Notes: generated by a model from the letters alone, not told the origin. A DNA stretch of 64,000 nt from an uncultured Acidobacteriaceae bacterium (GCA_963770365.1 CAVYPN010000009.1:30089-94088); one strand, 5' to 3'. Positions 30,498-41,061 are shown, counted from the stretch's first letter. Made by a program: numbers and translations.

Positions 30498-30959
30498 ATG
30501 GCAAAGAATCTTTCAAATCTGCGCGCGCCCAAGAAGGCAAACACCGGGCGCAAGCGCGTGGGCCGGGGCATGGGATCCGGCATGGGCAAAACCTCAGCTC
30601 GCGGCCACAAGGGCCAGGGTTCCCGTTCGGGCTTCAGCCTGATGCGCGGCTTTGAGGGCGGCCAGATGCCGCTGCACCGCCGGCTTCCGAAGCGCGGCTT
30701 CACTAACATCTTCCGCACCGAGTACAGCGTGGTGAATCTTGACAGGTTTGCCGAGCTCTCGGTCAAGGAAGTCGGTTTGGACGATTACAAGAAACTGGGC
30801 CTGGTTTCGAGCAAGAAGGCGCTGATCAAAGTGCTTGGCTCGGGCGAGCTGACCACGGCGATTACCATCCACGCGCACAAGTTTTCCAAGTCGGCGGTCG
30901 AGAAGATCGAAAAGGCCGGCGGCAAGGCCGTTGTGGCGGGAGCGCCGGCGGCAGCGTAG
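30498..30959 (+). CDS. rplO: 50S ribosomal protein L15
   Basis: KRVGRG.GSGMGKTS.RGHKGQ.SR, FEGGQMPL.RRLPKRGF. Confidence 0.99.
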   Translation: MAKNLSNLRAPKKANTGRKRVGRGMGSGMGKTSARGHKGQGSRSGFSLMRGFEGGQMPLHRRLPKRGFTNIFRTEYSVVNLDRFAELSVKEVGLDDYKKLGLVSSKKALIKVLGSGELTTAITIHAHKFSKSAVEKIEKAGGKAVVAGAPAAA

Positions 30960-31076
30960 GACACCCATCCCCCGGGTTAAGAATCGAGATCCGGGGCACC
31001 CAATGTGTCCGCGAACACCGCCAAGCTGGTTTCCCGGCTGCCAAGATCGATAGCTGAAGGCATCCGGCGGAATTCG

Positions 31077-31106
31077 GGGACATGGGGCGACCTTCGCGCT
31101 TACACT
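31077..31106 (+). promoter_or_regulatory. Possible internal promoter upstream of secY
   Basis: GGGACA, 18 nt, TACACT (31101-06) in the ~200-nt rplO-secY spacer. Confidence 0.3.
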
Positions 31107-31157
31107 GGATTTTGGCAAGATCTGAGCGGCGTCATCGCCTGAAGCGGAAAACCAAAC

Positions 31158-32543
31158 ATGCTTGAAAAGTTTCTGAATATCTTCCGGATTCCTGACCTGC
31201 GCAAGCGGGTTCTGTTCACACTGGGCATTCTCGCCGTGTACCGCCTGGGTGCGTTTATTCCGACACCCGGCGTGAACACGACCCAGCTTGCGCTGATGTT
31301 CAACTCACAAAGCGGATCAGCGCTTGGTCTGATGGACCTGTTCGGCGGCGGCAACCTGCGCCGTATGACCATCTTTGCGCTGGGCATCATGCCCTATATC
31401 ACCGCGTCCATCATCTTCCAGTTGCTGACCGTGGTCTATGAGCCGCTGGCGCGCATCCAGAAAGAAGGCGAACTGGGCCGGCGGAAGATCACGCAATGGA
31501 CGCGCTACGTGACGGTGGTTTTGGGTGCGCTGCAGTCCATTGGTATCGCGGCCATTCTTACCAGGCAAGGCCTTGTGCTGAACCCTGGTATCGGCTTCAG
31601 CCTGATGACGGTGCTCACGTTGACCACCGGCACTGCGTTCATCATGTGGCTCGGCGAGCAGATTACGGATCGCGGCATCGGCAACGGCATGAGTTTGCTG
31701 ATCTTCGCAGGAATCATTGCAGGCCTGCCCCGCGGTGTTGCCGAACTGGTGACCAAGGTACAGACCAGCGCCTGGGGATCGCTTACCATCTTCGCTGTTC
31801 TGATTATGGTCGTGGGCATGATCGCGGTCGTTGCGTTCATTGTCTTTGTGGAGCGCTCGGAGCGCCGCATTCCCATCCAGAGCGCCCGGCGCATTGTCGG
31901 CCGCCGCATGATGGGCGGCTCATCCAGCCACTTGCCCCTGAAGGTGAACTCCGGCGGCGTCATGCCGGTCATCTTCGCCAGCTCGATTCTCTCGGCGCCG
32001 CTGCTGTTCGGGCAGATGGAGTGGGTGCAGAACAACCGCTTCTTCCAGCCGATCATCCAGGCGCTGGCCCCGGGCTATCCCTGGTATGAACTGCTGTACA
32101 TGCTGGGCATCATCTTCTTTGCCTACTTCTACGTATCGATCGTGATGAAGCCGGACGATATCGCCGACAACTTCCGCAAATCCGGATCGTTTATTCCCGG
32201 CATCCGGCCCGGCAAGCGCACTTCAGACTTCATCAACGACATTCTTACCCGCATCACGCTGGTAGGCGCGCTCTATCTCATCATCATTTCCCTGGTGCCC
32301 ACCTTCCTCATTTCGGGCATTCGCTTTGACAAGATTTGGCTGATCGGTAGGTTCTTTGAGAGTTTGCCTACCTGGGCTACGCACGGTTTGGGGGTCAATT
32401 TCTACTTTGGCGGCACCTCGCTGCTGATCGTAGTGGGTGTCGCTATGGACACTGTCAACCAGATCGAATCGCAGCTGATCATGCGCCACTATGACGGCTT
32501 TTCCCCGCGTTCCGGTCGTATACGCGGAAGGAAAAACTGGTAA
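31158..32543 (+). CDS. secY: Preprotein translocase subunit SecY
   Basis: IFALGIMPYITASII.QLL, WLGEQIT.RGIGNG.S, FIPGIRPG..T, GGTSLLI.VGV. Confidence 0.99.
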   Translation: MLEKFLNIFRIPDLRKRVLFTLGILAVYRLGAFIPTPGVNTTQLALMFNSQSGSALGLMDLFGGGNLRRMTIFALGIMPYITASIIFQLLTVVYEPLARIQKEGELGRRKITQWTRYVTVVLGALQSIGIAAILTRQGLVLNPGIGFSLMTVLTLTTGTAFIMWLGEQITDRGIGNGMSLLIFAGIIAGLPRGVAELVTKVQTSAWGSLTIFAVLIMVVGMIAVVAFIVFVERSERRIPIQSARRIVGRRMMGGSSSHLPLKVNSGGVMPVIFASSILSAPLLFGQMEWVQNNRFFQPIIQALAPGYPWYELLYMLGIIFFAYFYVSIVMKPDDIADNFRKSGSFIPGIRPGKRTSDFINDILTRITLVGALYLIIISLVPTFLISGIRFDKIWLIGRFFESLPTWATHGLGVNFYFGGTSLLIVVGVAMDTVNQIESQLIMRHYDGFSPRSGRIRGRKNW

Positions 32544-33322
32544 TGTTGTCGTCTGCAGCAAGTGTTGAAAGTGCAAGAGAAGCAATAGAAGGAGATCGAG
32601 GGTCGGCAAGAATGATCGTACCCGGACCGATTCTCCTGTTGGGTGCACCGGGCGTGGGAAAGGGTACCCAGGCCAAGGAACTGGTGCAACATTGGGGGAT
32701 ACCCCAGATTTCGACCGGAGACCTGCTCCGCGCCAATGTGGCGCAGGGCACGCCTCTCGGCAAAACGGCCAAGGAGATCATGCACCGGGGAGAACTGGTT
32801 CCGGACTCCCTTGTAAATGAGATGGTGGCCGTGAGACTTCAGCAACCGGATACGGTCAAAGGCTACATTCTGGACGGGTTCCCGCGGACTTTGGCGCAGG
32901 CTCACTGGCTGGATGGACGTCTGGCGGTGGGGGCCGGCGACAGGTCTTCGTCGCAGGGGTCACTGGCGACACAAACAGAGGCTTTGCCGCTTATTGCCGT
33001 CAGTATCCAAGTGGATTATAATCAGTTATTGCGCCGGATTACGGGGCGCAGGAACTGCCCGGTCTGCCAGACCATCTACAACATCTATACAAAGCCGCCC
33101 CAAAGGGCTGGTTTTTGTGATGTTGAAGGGGCTGCACTGATCCAGCGAGCCGATGACACGGAGAAGGCTTTTGCGGAGCGCATGCGCAGCTACGCTGCCC
33201 AAACCGCGCCTGTGATTGAGCACTATCGGGAGCTGGGGCGATTTGTAGAAGTGCCTGGAGATGGGCCGATCGCCGCAATTGCGGCTGGAATTGTGGCTTC
33301 CGTTGAGCGGCTGCGCCAATAG
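32543..33322 (+). CDS. adk: Adenylate kinase
   Basis: GAPGVGKGTQA, ISTGDLLR, LDGFPRT, Cys-containing LID, RADD. Start may be 32612. Confidence 0.97.
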   Translation: MLSSAASVESAREAIEGDRGSARMIVPGPILLLGAPGVGKGTQAKELVQHWGIPQISTGDLLRANVAQGTPLGKTAKEIMHRGELVPDSLVNEMVAVRLQQPDTVKGYILDGFPRTLAQAHWLDGRLAVGAGDRSSSQGSLATQTEALPLIAVSIQVDYNQLLRRITGRRNCPVCQTIYNIYTKPPQRAGFCDVEGAALIQRADDTEKAFAERMRSYAAQTAPVIEHYRELGRFVEVPGDGPIAAIAAGIVASVERLRQ

Positions 33323-33376
33323 CGCGGTGCGCGAACGGGGTTTTGTGCGTGTAGTGGAGTCGAAAGGGCATACGAA

Positions 33377-34129
33377 GTGGCGGTCGTACTGAAGTCGTCT
33401 CTGGAGATCGAAAAGATGCGCCGCGCGGGCAAGGTTGTCCGCGAGGTCCTGGAGTTGGTGCGCAGCCACGTGAAACCTGGCGCAACGACTCTCGATCTCG
33501 AGAAGGTGGCAGAATCGCGGATCAACGAGCTCGGCGCCAAGCCGGCCTTCAAGGGTTATCACGGGTTTCCGTGCGTGCTCTGCACCTCGATCAACAATGA
33601 AGTGGTGCACGGCATTCCTTCGAAGAAGCGAGTCCTCAGAGAAGGGGACATTGTTTCGGTTGACTGCGGTGCAATTGTCGATGGCTACTACGGGGATGCC
33701 GCGATCACGGTGCCGGTGGGCGAGAAGATTGCGCCCGATACGGCGAGGCTGCTCGAGGTAACGGAGAAGTCGTTGCATGCGGGCATCTCGGCGGTGAAGC
33801 CGGGAGCGACACTGGGCGATATCGGCAATGCGGTGCAGAAGGTGGTCGAGGCCGAGGGCTTCTCGGTGGTACGGGATTTTGTCGGCCACGGAATTGGCAG
33901 CCACATGCACGAAGATCCGCAGGTGCCGAACTTCGGCGAAGCGGGTTCAGGCATGCGGTTGCGCGCAGGAATGGTGATCGCCATTGAGCCCATGGTGAAT
34001 GCCGGCAAGCCGGATGTGCGCGTGTTGCGCGATGGCTGGACGGCAGTGACAGGCGATGGAAGCATGAGTGCTCATTTTGAGCACACGGTGGCGGTTACCG
34101 ACACCGGGGCGAAGGTTCTGACTGAGTAA
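33377..34129 (+). CDS. map: Methionine aminopeptidase type I
   Basis: [44 protein letters not shown]. Confidence 0.99.
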   Translation: MAVVLKSSLEIEKMRRAGKVVREVLELVRSHVKPGATTLDLEKVAESRINELGAKPAFKGYHGFPCVLCTSINNEVVHGIPSKKRVLREGDIVSVDCGAIVDGYYGDAAITVPVGEKIAPDTARLLEVTEKSLHAGISAVKPGATLGDIGNAVQKVVEAEGFSVVRDFVGHGIGSHMHEDPQVPNFGEAGSGMRLRAGMVIAIEPMVNAGKPDVRVLRDGWTAVTGDGSMSAHFEHTVAVTDTGAKVLTE

Positions 34130-34209
34130 AACTCAGTCCAAAACTTGAGAGTGCGGAAGCACTCCAAAACACAAGGGCGCGCAAGCGCGCACCCAGAAGT
34201 GGATACAGT

Positions 34210-34428
34210 TTGTCGAAGGAAGACGCGATTGAGGTCATGGCAACGGTCACAGAGACGTTGCCCAACGCCATGTTCAAGGTGAAGCTCGAGACGAATCACG
34301 AAGTGCTGGCCCATGTCTCGGGAAGAATGCGCAAGAACTTCATCCGTATCTTACCGGGTGACCGCGTAGCCGTAGAACTGAGTCCGTACGACCTGAACCG
34401 CGGGCGAATTGTGTACCGCTACAAGTGA
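34210..34428 (+). CDS. infA: Translation initiation factor IF-1
   Basis: TTG start; [35 protein letters not shown]. Confidence 0.99.
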   Translation: MSKEDAIEVMATVTETLPNAMFKVKLETNHEVLAHVSGRMRKNFIRILPGDRVAVELSPYDLNRGRIVYRYK

Positions 34429-34508
34429 GTTAGCAGTTCATAGTTCTAAGTTCATAGTCTGTCTGCGTTCGGTATCAGCGAAAACTACGAACTCAGAACT
34501 ACGAACTT
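34428..34508. repeat. Inverted heptamer array, class A (infA-rpmJ)
   Basis: AGTTAGC AGTTCAT AGTTCTA AGTTCAT AGTCT - AACTACG AACTCAG AACTACG AACTT. Confidence 0.88.
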
Positions 34509-34554
34509 ATTCAAACCGCGTTGTTCGTAGATGCGCGGAGAAGGGCAGTAATCA

Positions 34555-34668
34555 ATGAAGGTCCGTGCATCGGTAAAGAAGATTTGCGTGAAATGCAAGG
34601 TCATCAACCGCCGTGGGGTGGTTCGGGTGATCTGCGAAAACGCAAAGCACAAGCAGCGCCAGGGCTAG
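34555..34668 (+). CDS. rpmJ: 50S ribosomal protein L36 (too short for the ORF track)
   Basis: Translated by hand: [37 protein letters not shown], 37 aa. Confidence 0.98.
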   Translation: MKVRASVKKICVKCKVINRRGVVRVICENAKHKQRQG

Positions 34669-34700
34669 TTAGTCTGGCAAGAAGGCGGAAACTCCACACG

Positions 34701-34790
34701 AGTTCTAAGTTTGGAGTTCGTAGTTCACAGTTGGATCGCGCAATAGCAAAAGTTGTAACTGTGAACTTAGAACTTTGAACTGCGAACTCC
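34701..34790. repeat. Inverted heptamer array, class A (rpmJ-rpsM)
   Basis: AGTTCTA AGTTTGG AGTTCGT AGTTCAC AGTTG - AACTGTG AACTTAG AACTTTG AACTGCG AACTCC. Confidence 0.9.
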
Positions 34791-34906
34791 GCAAGGGGCT
34801 AGTTAGCTTGAGTCAAGGCTTGCGATGAACCCCGGAGTAACCCGCATTAACCCGTGCGAGCCGGTTAAGGCCGGAGGCACAAAACAGAAGTAGCAAAGGA
34901 TTCAGA

Positions 34907-35293
34907 ATGGCACGTATTGCTGGCGTCGATCTGCCCCGCAACAAGCAGGCTCGGATCGCGCTCACATACATCTACGGCATCGGCAATCCCCGATCGCTGA
35001 AGATCCTGGAGAAGGCGCATGTTGACGCCAACAAAAAGGTCCAGGACCTCAGCGAAGAAGAGGTAAACCACATCCGCCAGGTGATTGAGGACGAGGGTGA
35101 CGTCGAGGGCGATCTCCGCAAAGACACCCAGATGCACATCAAGCGCCTCATCGATATTCAGAGCTACCGCGGCAACCGGCATCGCCGGTCGTTGCCGGTA
35201 CGTGGACAACGCACCCACACCAATGCACGCACCCGCAAGGGACCGCGTAAGGGCACAGTGGCGGGCAAGAAGAAAGCGACGGCGAAGACCTAA
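34907..35293 (+). CDS. rpsM: 30S ribosomal protein S13
   Basis: [35 protein letters not shown]. Confidence 0.99.
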   Translation: MARIAGVDLPRNKQARIALTYIYGIGNPRSLKILEKAHVDANKKVQDLSEEEVNHIRQVIEDEGDVEGDLRKDTQMHIKRLIDIQSYRGNRHRRSLPVRGQRTHTNARTRKGPRKGTVAGKKKATAKT

Positions 35294-35715
35294 TGGCGAA
35301 ACCAGAGCAGAAGGCCGCAGCCGGCAAAGCTGGCAAGAACAAGAAATTCAAGAAGCGCGAGCGCAAGAATGTGCCGTTCGGCATTTGCCACATTCAGGCG
35401 TCGTTCAACAACACCATCGTGACCATCACCGACCAGGTGGGCAACACGCTCAGCTGGAAGAGCTCGGGTTCGCTCGGCTTCCGCGGTTCGCGCAAGGGCA
35501 CGCCGTTCGCGGCGCAGCAGGCTGCGTCCAATGCGGCGTCCATGGCGCGCGATCACGGTCTACGGGCAGTCGACGTACGCGTTGCCGGTCCCGGATCGGG
35601 CCGCGAGTCGGCCATCCGTGCGCTCGCAGCAGCGGGCATCGACGTTCGCTCAATCCGCGACGTTACGCCGGTGCCGCACAATGGTTGCCGTCCGCCGAAG
35701 CGGCGTCGCGTGTAA
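35293..35715 (+). CDS. rpsK: 30S ribosomal protein S11
   Basis: [46 protein letters not shown]. Confidence 0.99.
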   Translation: MAKPEQKAAAGKAGKNKKFKKRERKNVPFGICHIQASFNNTIVTITDQVGNTLSWKSSGSLGFRGSRKGTPFAAQQAASNAASMARDHGLRAVDVRVAGPGSGRESAIRALAAAGIDVRSIRDVTPVPHNGCRPPKRRRV

Positions 35716-35717
35716 AA

Positions 35718-35796
35718 GCAGTTCAGAGTTTGTAGTTCTTAGTTCAAAGTTTGCGGGCTTCGTACCCAAACTAAGAACTACGAACTTAGAACTCAA
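35718..35796. repeat. Inverted heptamer array, class A (rpsK-rpsD)
   Basis: AGTTCAG AGTTTGT AGTTCTT AGTTCAA AGTTTG - AACTAAG AACTACG AACTTAG AACTCAA. Confidence 0.9.
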
Positions 35797-35870
35797 AACA
35801 TAAACATGGGCCGGGACGACCTGCGCACCGTCGCACGTAAACCGGCCGACATCCGAAGTCAGGAGAAGAA

Positions 35871-36500
35871 ATGGCTCGTTATACCGGAGCAGTCTGCCGC
35901 CTTTGCCGTCGCGAAGGCACCAAGCTCTTCTTGAAGGGCACCAAATGTTTATCGGACCGTTGCCCGATTGAGAAGCGCAACTTTCCTCCCGGACAACACG
36001 GCAAGGACCGCAAGGCCAAGATTGTGGGCTACGGCCTGCAGCTGCACGAAAAGCAGAAGGCCAAGCGTATGTACTTCACGCTCGAAGGCCAGTTCCGCGA
36101 GTACTACGAGAAGGCCAACCGCGCCCAGGGCGTCACCGGCGAATTGCTGATTCAGCAGCTCGAGCGGCGCCTGGATAACGTGGCTTTCCGTCTCGGCTTT
36201 GCCATTTCGCGCCGCCAGGCACGCCAGGTTGTTCGCCACGGCCACGTTTCCGTCAACGGCCGCAAGGTGAACATTCCTTCGTTCCAGGTGAACGTGGGCG
36301 ACGAGATCGCGATTCGCGAGTCTGCGAAGAAGCTGATCATCATCGAGCAGGGCACACAGTACGCCGCGCAAAACCCGGTGCCGGTGTGGCTCGAAGCGAA
36401 TTTTGAAAACATGTCTGGGCGCATTCTCAGCCTGCCCAAACGTAAGGACGTCAACCTCCCGATCAACGAACAGCTGATCGTCGAGTTGTACTCGAAGTAA
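35871..36500 (+). CDS. rpsD: 30S ribosomal protein S4 (zinc-binding form)
   Basis: [22 protein letters not shown]....[23 protein letters not shown]. Confidence 0.99.
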   Translation: MARYTGAVCRLCRREGTKLFLKGTKCLSDRCPIEKRNFPPGQHGKDRKAKIVGYGLQLHEKQKAKRMYFTLEGQFREYYEKANRAQGVTGELLIQQLERRLDNVAFRLGFAISRRQARQVVRHGHVSVNGRKVNIPSFQVNVGDEIAIRESAKKLIIIEQGTQYAAQNPVPVWLEANFENMSGRILSLPKRKDVNLPINEQLIVELYSK

Positions 36501-36502
36501 AA

Positions 36503-36595
36503 GCAGTTCACAGTTCAAAGTTCGCAGTTGTGGGCCGGTGGCGCGATTCGGCAACCGGCCATAACTAAGAACTATGAACTGCGAACTAAGAACTT
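36503..36595. repeat. Inverted heptamer array, class A (rpsD-rpoA)
   Basis: AGTTCAC AGTTCAA AGTTCGC AGTTGTG - inner stem GGCCGGT/ACCGGCC - AACTAAG AACTATG AACTGCG AACTAAG AACTT. Confidence 0.9.
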
Positions 36596-36671
36596 AACGC
36601 AAAGGAGAACTTGCGCGGCCGCCGCAAAATGCATCGCGACGTACCTGCCGCGCGGGAAAAGAGATAACGAT

Positions 36672-37766
36672 ATGCTTTGGAGAGGATTCCAAAAACCGAA
36701 GCGCCTGGCAGTTGATGCCGAGTCGCTCAGCGAAACATTTGGCAAGTTCAGCGCCCAGCCCTTTGAGCGCGGATTTGGCACAACCATCGGCAATGCCCTG
36801 CGCCGCACGCTGCTCAGCTCGATCGAGGGCGCCGCGGTCACAGCGGTTCGCATCGAAGGCGTGTTGCACGAGTTCCAATCGATCGCCGGCGTTGTGGAAG
36901 ATGCGACCGACATCATCCTGAATCTCAAACAGATTCCCTTCAAGCTTTCGGGCGATGGTCCCAAAGCGCTCTACCTGCGCGCTGACCAGCCCGGTGTGGT
37001 CACCAGCGGCATGATCGAAGCCGACGGTGAAGTGGAGATTCTGGATAAGAACGTGTACATCGCCACCGTCTCTGAAGGCGGCCGGCTTGAGATGGAAATG
37101 CGCCTGAAGCGTGGCCGCGGATACATTTCGGCCGACAAGAACTTCGACGCCGATCTCGGCCTGGGCTTCATCCCGGTGGATTCGGTCCACTCGCCCGTGC
37201 GCCGCGTGAACTACGTGGTCGAAGCCGCCCGTCTGGGTCAGATCACCGACTACGACAAGCTCACCCTCGAAGTGTGGACGAACGGCGCGGTTCTTCCCGC
37301 CGATGCTGTGGGTCTGGCAGCGAAGCTGCTGAAAGACCACATGAATATCTTCATCAACTTCGAAGAAGAAATCGAAGCTGAGTCGCGCGGTGAAGAAGGC
37401 CGCGTGATGCTGCGCAACGACAACCTGAACCGCTCAGTCGAAGAGCTGGAACTGTCGGTCCGCAGCTACAACTGCCTGAAGAACGCAAACATTCAGACCA
37501 TCGGCGAGCTGGTGCAGAAGACCGAAGCCGAGATGCTGAAGACCAAGAACTTTGGCCGCAAGAGTCTGAACGAGATCAAGGAAATTCTCGCGCAGATGGG
37601 CCTCTCGCTGGGTATGAAGATCGACGAGAGCGGCAATGCCGTTCCCGGGCCGACCAGCATTCCGCCGGCGACAGCACTGGCTGCCAACTACAGCCACTAC
37701 GACGATGAGGACGAGCCGCTGGATTCAGTCGATCTCCAGCTGCCTACCGAGACCGAGAACTTCTAG
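36672..37766 (+). CDS. rpoA: DNA-directed RNA polymerase subunit alpha
   Basis: [53 protein letters not shown]; ATG 36672 after GGAAAAGAG. Confidence 0.99.
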   Translation: MLWRGFQKPKRLAVDAESLSETFGKFSAQPFERGFGTTIGNALRRTLLSSIEGAAVTAVRIEGVLHEFQSIAGVVEDATDIILNLKQIPFKLSGDGPKALYLRADQPGVVTSGMIEADGEVEILDKNVYIATVSEGGRLEMEMRLKRGRGYISADKNFDADLGLGFIPVDSVHSPVRRVNYVVEAARLGQITDYDKLTLEVWTNGAVLPADAVGLAAKLLKDHMNIFINFEEEIEAESRGEEGRVMLRNDNLNRSVEELELSVRSYNCLKNANIQTIGELVQKTEAEMLKTKNFGRKSLNEIKEILAQMGLSLGMKIDESGNAVPGPTSIPPATALAANYSHYDDEDEPLDSVDLQLPTETENF

Positions 37767-37839
37767 AGTTCTCAGTTGTCAGTCGTCAGTTCTCAGTCGC
37801 ATCTGGGAACTGACAACTGAAATCTGACAACTGACGACT
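37767..37839. repeat. Inverted heptamer array, class C (rpoA-rplQ)
   Basis: AGTTCTC AGTTGTC AGTCGTC AGTTCTC AGTCGC - AACTGAC AACTGAA ATCTGAC AACTGAC GACT. Confidence 0.9.
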
Positions 37840-37862
37840 TTTTTCCGAAAGAGAGTTTCATC

Positions 37863-38342
37863 ATGCGCCATCGCAATGCAGGATTCAAACTCGGACGCAA
37901 CACCAGCCATCGCCGCGCGCTGCTGCGCAACCTGGTCACGTCCGTCATCGTGGAAGACCGCGTGGAGACCACCGTGGCCAAGGCCAAGGCTGTGCGTCCT
38001 CACGTGGAAAAAATGATCACGCTGGGCAAGAAGGGCGACGTACACGCGCGGCGCCAGGCGCTCAGCTTTCTTATGACCGACAAGGCAGTCGAGCGGCTGT
38101 TCGACACCGTGGCCCCGCGCTACGGCGATCGCCAGGGCGGCTATCTGCGCATTGTCCGCACCGGCTTCCAAAAGGGCGACGGCGCCGAAAAGGCGTTCAT
38201 CGAACTGCTGGGCGCCGAAAAGCAACTCGACGAGAAGCGCCAGAAGCGCGACGAAGTGAAGGCCAAGAAGCGCGCCGAGCTCGAGAAGCAGCTTGAAGAA
38301 AGCAAGAAGGACGAAGAAAAGGGCGGCGAAGAAGCAGCGTAA
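37863..38342 (+). CDS. rplQ: 50S ribosomal protein L17
   Basis: MRHR..G.KLGR..SHR.ALLRNL, TT..KAK, R.GGYLRI; charged C-terminal tail. Confidence 0.99.
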   Translation: MRHRNAGFKLGRNTSHRRALLRNLVTSVIVEDRVETTVAKAKAVRPHVEKMITLGKKGDVHARRQALSFLMTDKAVERLFDTVAPRYGDRQGGYLRIVRTGFQKGDGAEKAFIELLGAEKQLDEKRQKRDEVKAKKRAELEKQLEESKKDEEKGGEEAA

Positions 38343-38384
38343 CGACTCGCCGTAACGACCACAGTTCTTTTTCTGAATATCGAC

Positions 38385-38424
38385 GGGCGCATTCTTCATG
38401 CGGAGAATGTGCCCTTTCTTTTTT
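38385..38424 (+). terminator. Intrinsic terminator ending the ribosomal cluster
   Basis: GGGCGCATTCT-8 nt-AGAATGTGCCC followed by TTTCTTTTTT. Confidence 0.85.
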
Positions 38425-38504
38425 GCAATAATTCTTCCAACTGTCAAACTTGCCTTTGATTCATTCCTTCCGATCGGTCCGCGCCGCCGTGACAAGATCT
38501 ATTT

Positions 38505-39647
38505 ATGCAAATCAAGAGCATGTTCTTTCGCATCCTCTGCGTCTTTACCTTGGTCATGTCGACCCGCGCAGTGGTTCCTGTTGCAATTGCACAGGCCCCC
38601 ACCAAACATCAGACGGAGAACATCATTCTTGTCATGATCGATGGCATGCGTTGGCAGGAAGTGTTTCGCGGCGCCGATCCGGAGCTTCTCGAAACCCTCG
38701 GCTCCGATATGCCTGGCGACGCGAAGCAGCGGGCTGAGTTCGCGCGTCAAGGGTACGGGCGTCCCACTGAGGGCGAGCGCCGGAAGGCTCTAATGCCGTT
38801 TCTGTGGAGCGTGGTATCCAGCAACGGACAGCTTTTCGGAAACCGAGACTTGGGCTCCGATTCCCACGTCATAAACGGCTTCAACTTCTCCTATCCCGGC
38901 TACTCCGAGACGCTCACCGGTTTTGCCGATCCACGGGTCGACTCGAATGACAATGTGCCGAATCCCAACCCTACGGTCTTCGAGTGGCTCAACGCAAAAC
39001 CTGAATTCGCTGGCAAAGTCGCGGCCTTTGGCGCCTGGAACGTCTTCAGTGGTATCTTTCGAAGCCAGAAATGCGGCTTTGTCGTCAATGCTGGATATGA
39101 CTCTTTGACGGCGATTCCGGCAACCCCGAAGCTGGACCTTCTCAACACCCTGAAGCAAGAAACCGTCCGCGTCTGGCCGGATGAACCTTTCGATCCCATG
39201 CCTTTCCATACGGCGATCGAGTATCTGCGCGCCAGGAAGCCGCGCTTGCTATTTGTGGGTCTGGGCGAAACGGATGACTGGGCTCACGCAGGTTCGTATG
39301 CTGAGTACCTGAATGCCGCGCACCTTGCCGATGACTACCTGCGCCAGATCTGGGAGCTGGTTCAATCTATGCCAGAGTATCGCGGCAGAACCACGCTGAT
39401 TGTGCTGCCGGACCATGGTCGCGGCAATGGCGCCAATTGGATAGATCACGGCCAGAAGATTCCGGAGTCAATGGAAACCTGGATGGCGTTTCTCGGACCG
39501 GATACACCACCGCTCGGTGAACGCAAACAACCCCAGCCCGTCACCGAAAGCCAGATTGCAGCCACCCTGGCGGCGCTGCTCGGAGAAGACTATCGCGCCA
39601 CTGTCCCGAAGGCCGGCTCGCCGATCCGAGATGTCATCGGAAAGTAG
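38505..39647 (+). CDS. Secreted alkaline-phosphatase-superfamily protein
   Basis: Signal peptide; IDGMRWQE, SYPGY, ETDDWAH, DHGRG metal-binding motifs. Confidence 0.8.
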   Translation: MQIKSMFFRILCVFTLVMSTRAVVPVAIAQAPTKHQTENIILVMIDGMRWQEVFRGADPELLETLGSDMPGDAKQRAEFARQGYGRPTEGERRKALMPFLWSVVSSNGQLFGNRDLGSDSHVINGFNFSYPGYSETLTGFADPRVDSNDNVPNPNPTVFEWLNAKPEFAGKVAAFGAWNVFSGIFRSQKCGFVVNAGYDSLTAIPATPKLDLLNTLKQETVRVWPDEPFDPMPFHTAIEYLRARKPRLLFVGLGETDDWAHAGSYAEYLNAAHLADDYLRQIWELVQSMPEYRGRTTLIVLPDHGRGNGANWIDHGQKIPESMETWMAFLGPDTPPLGERKQPQPVTESQIAATLAALLGEDYRATVPKAGSPIRDVIGK

Positions 39648-39769
39648 AGGGCGCAACGCGCGAGCGGCCGAGGACGTCATGCAAGATCCTATGTATGATC
39701 CATATGTTGGCTGGGCGCCCGGTTGCGGGTCTCAGCCCCGCTCTTCCAGGCGCCCGAACGAGGTCAACA

Positions 39770-40138
39770 ATGCCGGAAAGAATCGTCCCCATGATCCATG
39801 TTCCCGACGTCGCATCTACAGCGCAGTGGTACGCGTCGATCGGCTTCACGATTCGCGATACAGCAAGGGAATGCGATAAAGGCGAAGTGAACTGGGCGTT
39901 CCTTCGACTGGGCGAAAGCGCCATCATGTTAAGCGCAGGCGGCAGTCCGAGTGATGCGCCAAGACGCGAGTTCGACCTCTATGTCTATGTCGACGACATC
40001 GACGCAGCGCGCCAGAGGCTCGACGGAAAAGGCGACATAGTCGAAGACCTTCACGAGACTTTTTACGGCATGCGCGAATTCATCACACGCGACTGCAACG
40101 GCTTTTGGATTACGTTCGGGCAACCGCTTGAGCCTTGA
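39770..40138 (+). CDS. VOC/glyoxalase/bleomycin-resistance family protein
   Basis: IVPMIHVPDV....WY..IGF, LYVYVDDID, TFYGMREF..RDCNG..I.FG. Confidence 0.85.
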   Translation: MPERIVPMIHVPDVASTAQWYASIGFTIRDTARECDKGEVNWAFLRLGESAIMLSAGGSPSDAPRREFDLYVYVDDIDAARQRLDGKGDIVEDLHETFYGMREFITRDCNGFWITFGQPLEP

Positions 40139-40173
40139 ATCAACTGGGTGTGCAGCGTTCGAACACACACTAG

Positions 40174-41061
40174 CTATTCCCCGATTATCTCTTTGATCTT
40201 CTTGCTCAGGCTCATCGCGTCAAATGGAGCGCGGACTTTGACATCATCGTCGAAGTACACAAAGACATCGCGTGAGTCTCGTTTTGGACCCGGATCAGGA
40301 TGGATTCTTGTACCGTCGGTCACTTCTTCGCCGCGCGACCATGCGATAACTCTGCGAGCCCACACATCGATGGCTTCCGCGGTGTAACCGTTGGGGTAGA
40401 GTTTTTCGCTGCCGTGCAGACGGCAGTAGACAATGTCCGCAGTCACGTCCATCATCACCGGCAGCTTCACTGTGTCGGCGACCACAAGCGCGATGTTGTT
40501 CTCGCGTAGGAGCGCAACATATTCGGGAACTGCGAAGCTTTTGTGGCGGGTTTCAACAGCGTGATAAAGCGGCAGGTCTTCTTCAACTTCGAGCCATGAA
40601 CGGCTTGCCATCCATTCATCGCGCTGCCGCGCATAGGCTGCCGCCTGCTTTTGCGTTCGCGGCAGAAGCTTGAAAAAAGTCTCGAATCGCGGCAAGTCAA
40701 TCGAGAAGTTTGGCGGGAATTGCCACAGAATCGGTCCCAGTTTTTTGCCGAGCCGCAGCAGTCCCTGCGCAAGGAAGTTCGCCAGTGCTGTCTCGACATT
40801 TTCGATCTTGCGAATGTGTGTGATGAATTGCGAGCCCTTGATCGAGAAGACAAAGTCGTCCGGTGTGTCCTTGCTCCATTGCTGAAAGCTTGTGGGTCGC
40901 TGTGTTGAGTAGAAGGTCCCATTCAACTCGATGGAATTCAGCTGGCGCGAGGCGTACTCAAGTTCGCGCTTCTGCGTGAGGTCCTCCGGGTAGAAGGTTC
41001 CTCGCCATTCGTCGTAGCGCCATCCGGCGATACCGATACGGATTTGTCCTTGTTGGCTCAT
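40174..41061 (-). CDS. DUF72 domain protein
   Basis: IGIAGW.Y..W...FYP, IELNGTFY, FSIKG...ITH, LWQFPP, VETRH.SF, Y.RLHG. Confidence 0.92.
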   Translation of the reverse strand: MSQQGQIRIGIAGWRYDEWRGTFYPEDLTQKRELEYASRQLNSIELNGTFYSTQRPTSFQQWSKDTPDDFVFSIKGSQFITHIRKIENVETALANFLAQGLLRLGKKLGPILWQFPPNFSIDLPRFETFFKLLPRTQKQAAAYARQRDEWMASRSWLEVEEDLPLYHAVETRHKSFAVPEYVALLRENNIALVVADTVKLPVMMDVTADIVYCRLHGSEKLYPNGYTAEAIDVWARRVIAWSRGEEVTDGTRIHPDPGPKRDSRDVFVYFDDDVKVRAPFDAMSLSKKIKEIIGE

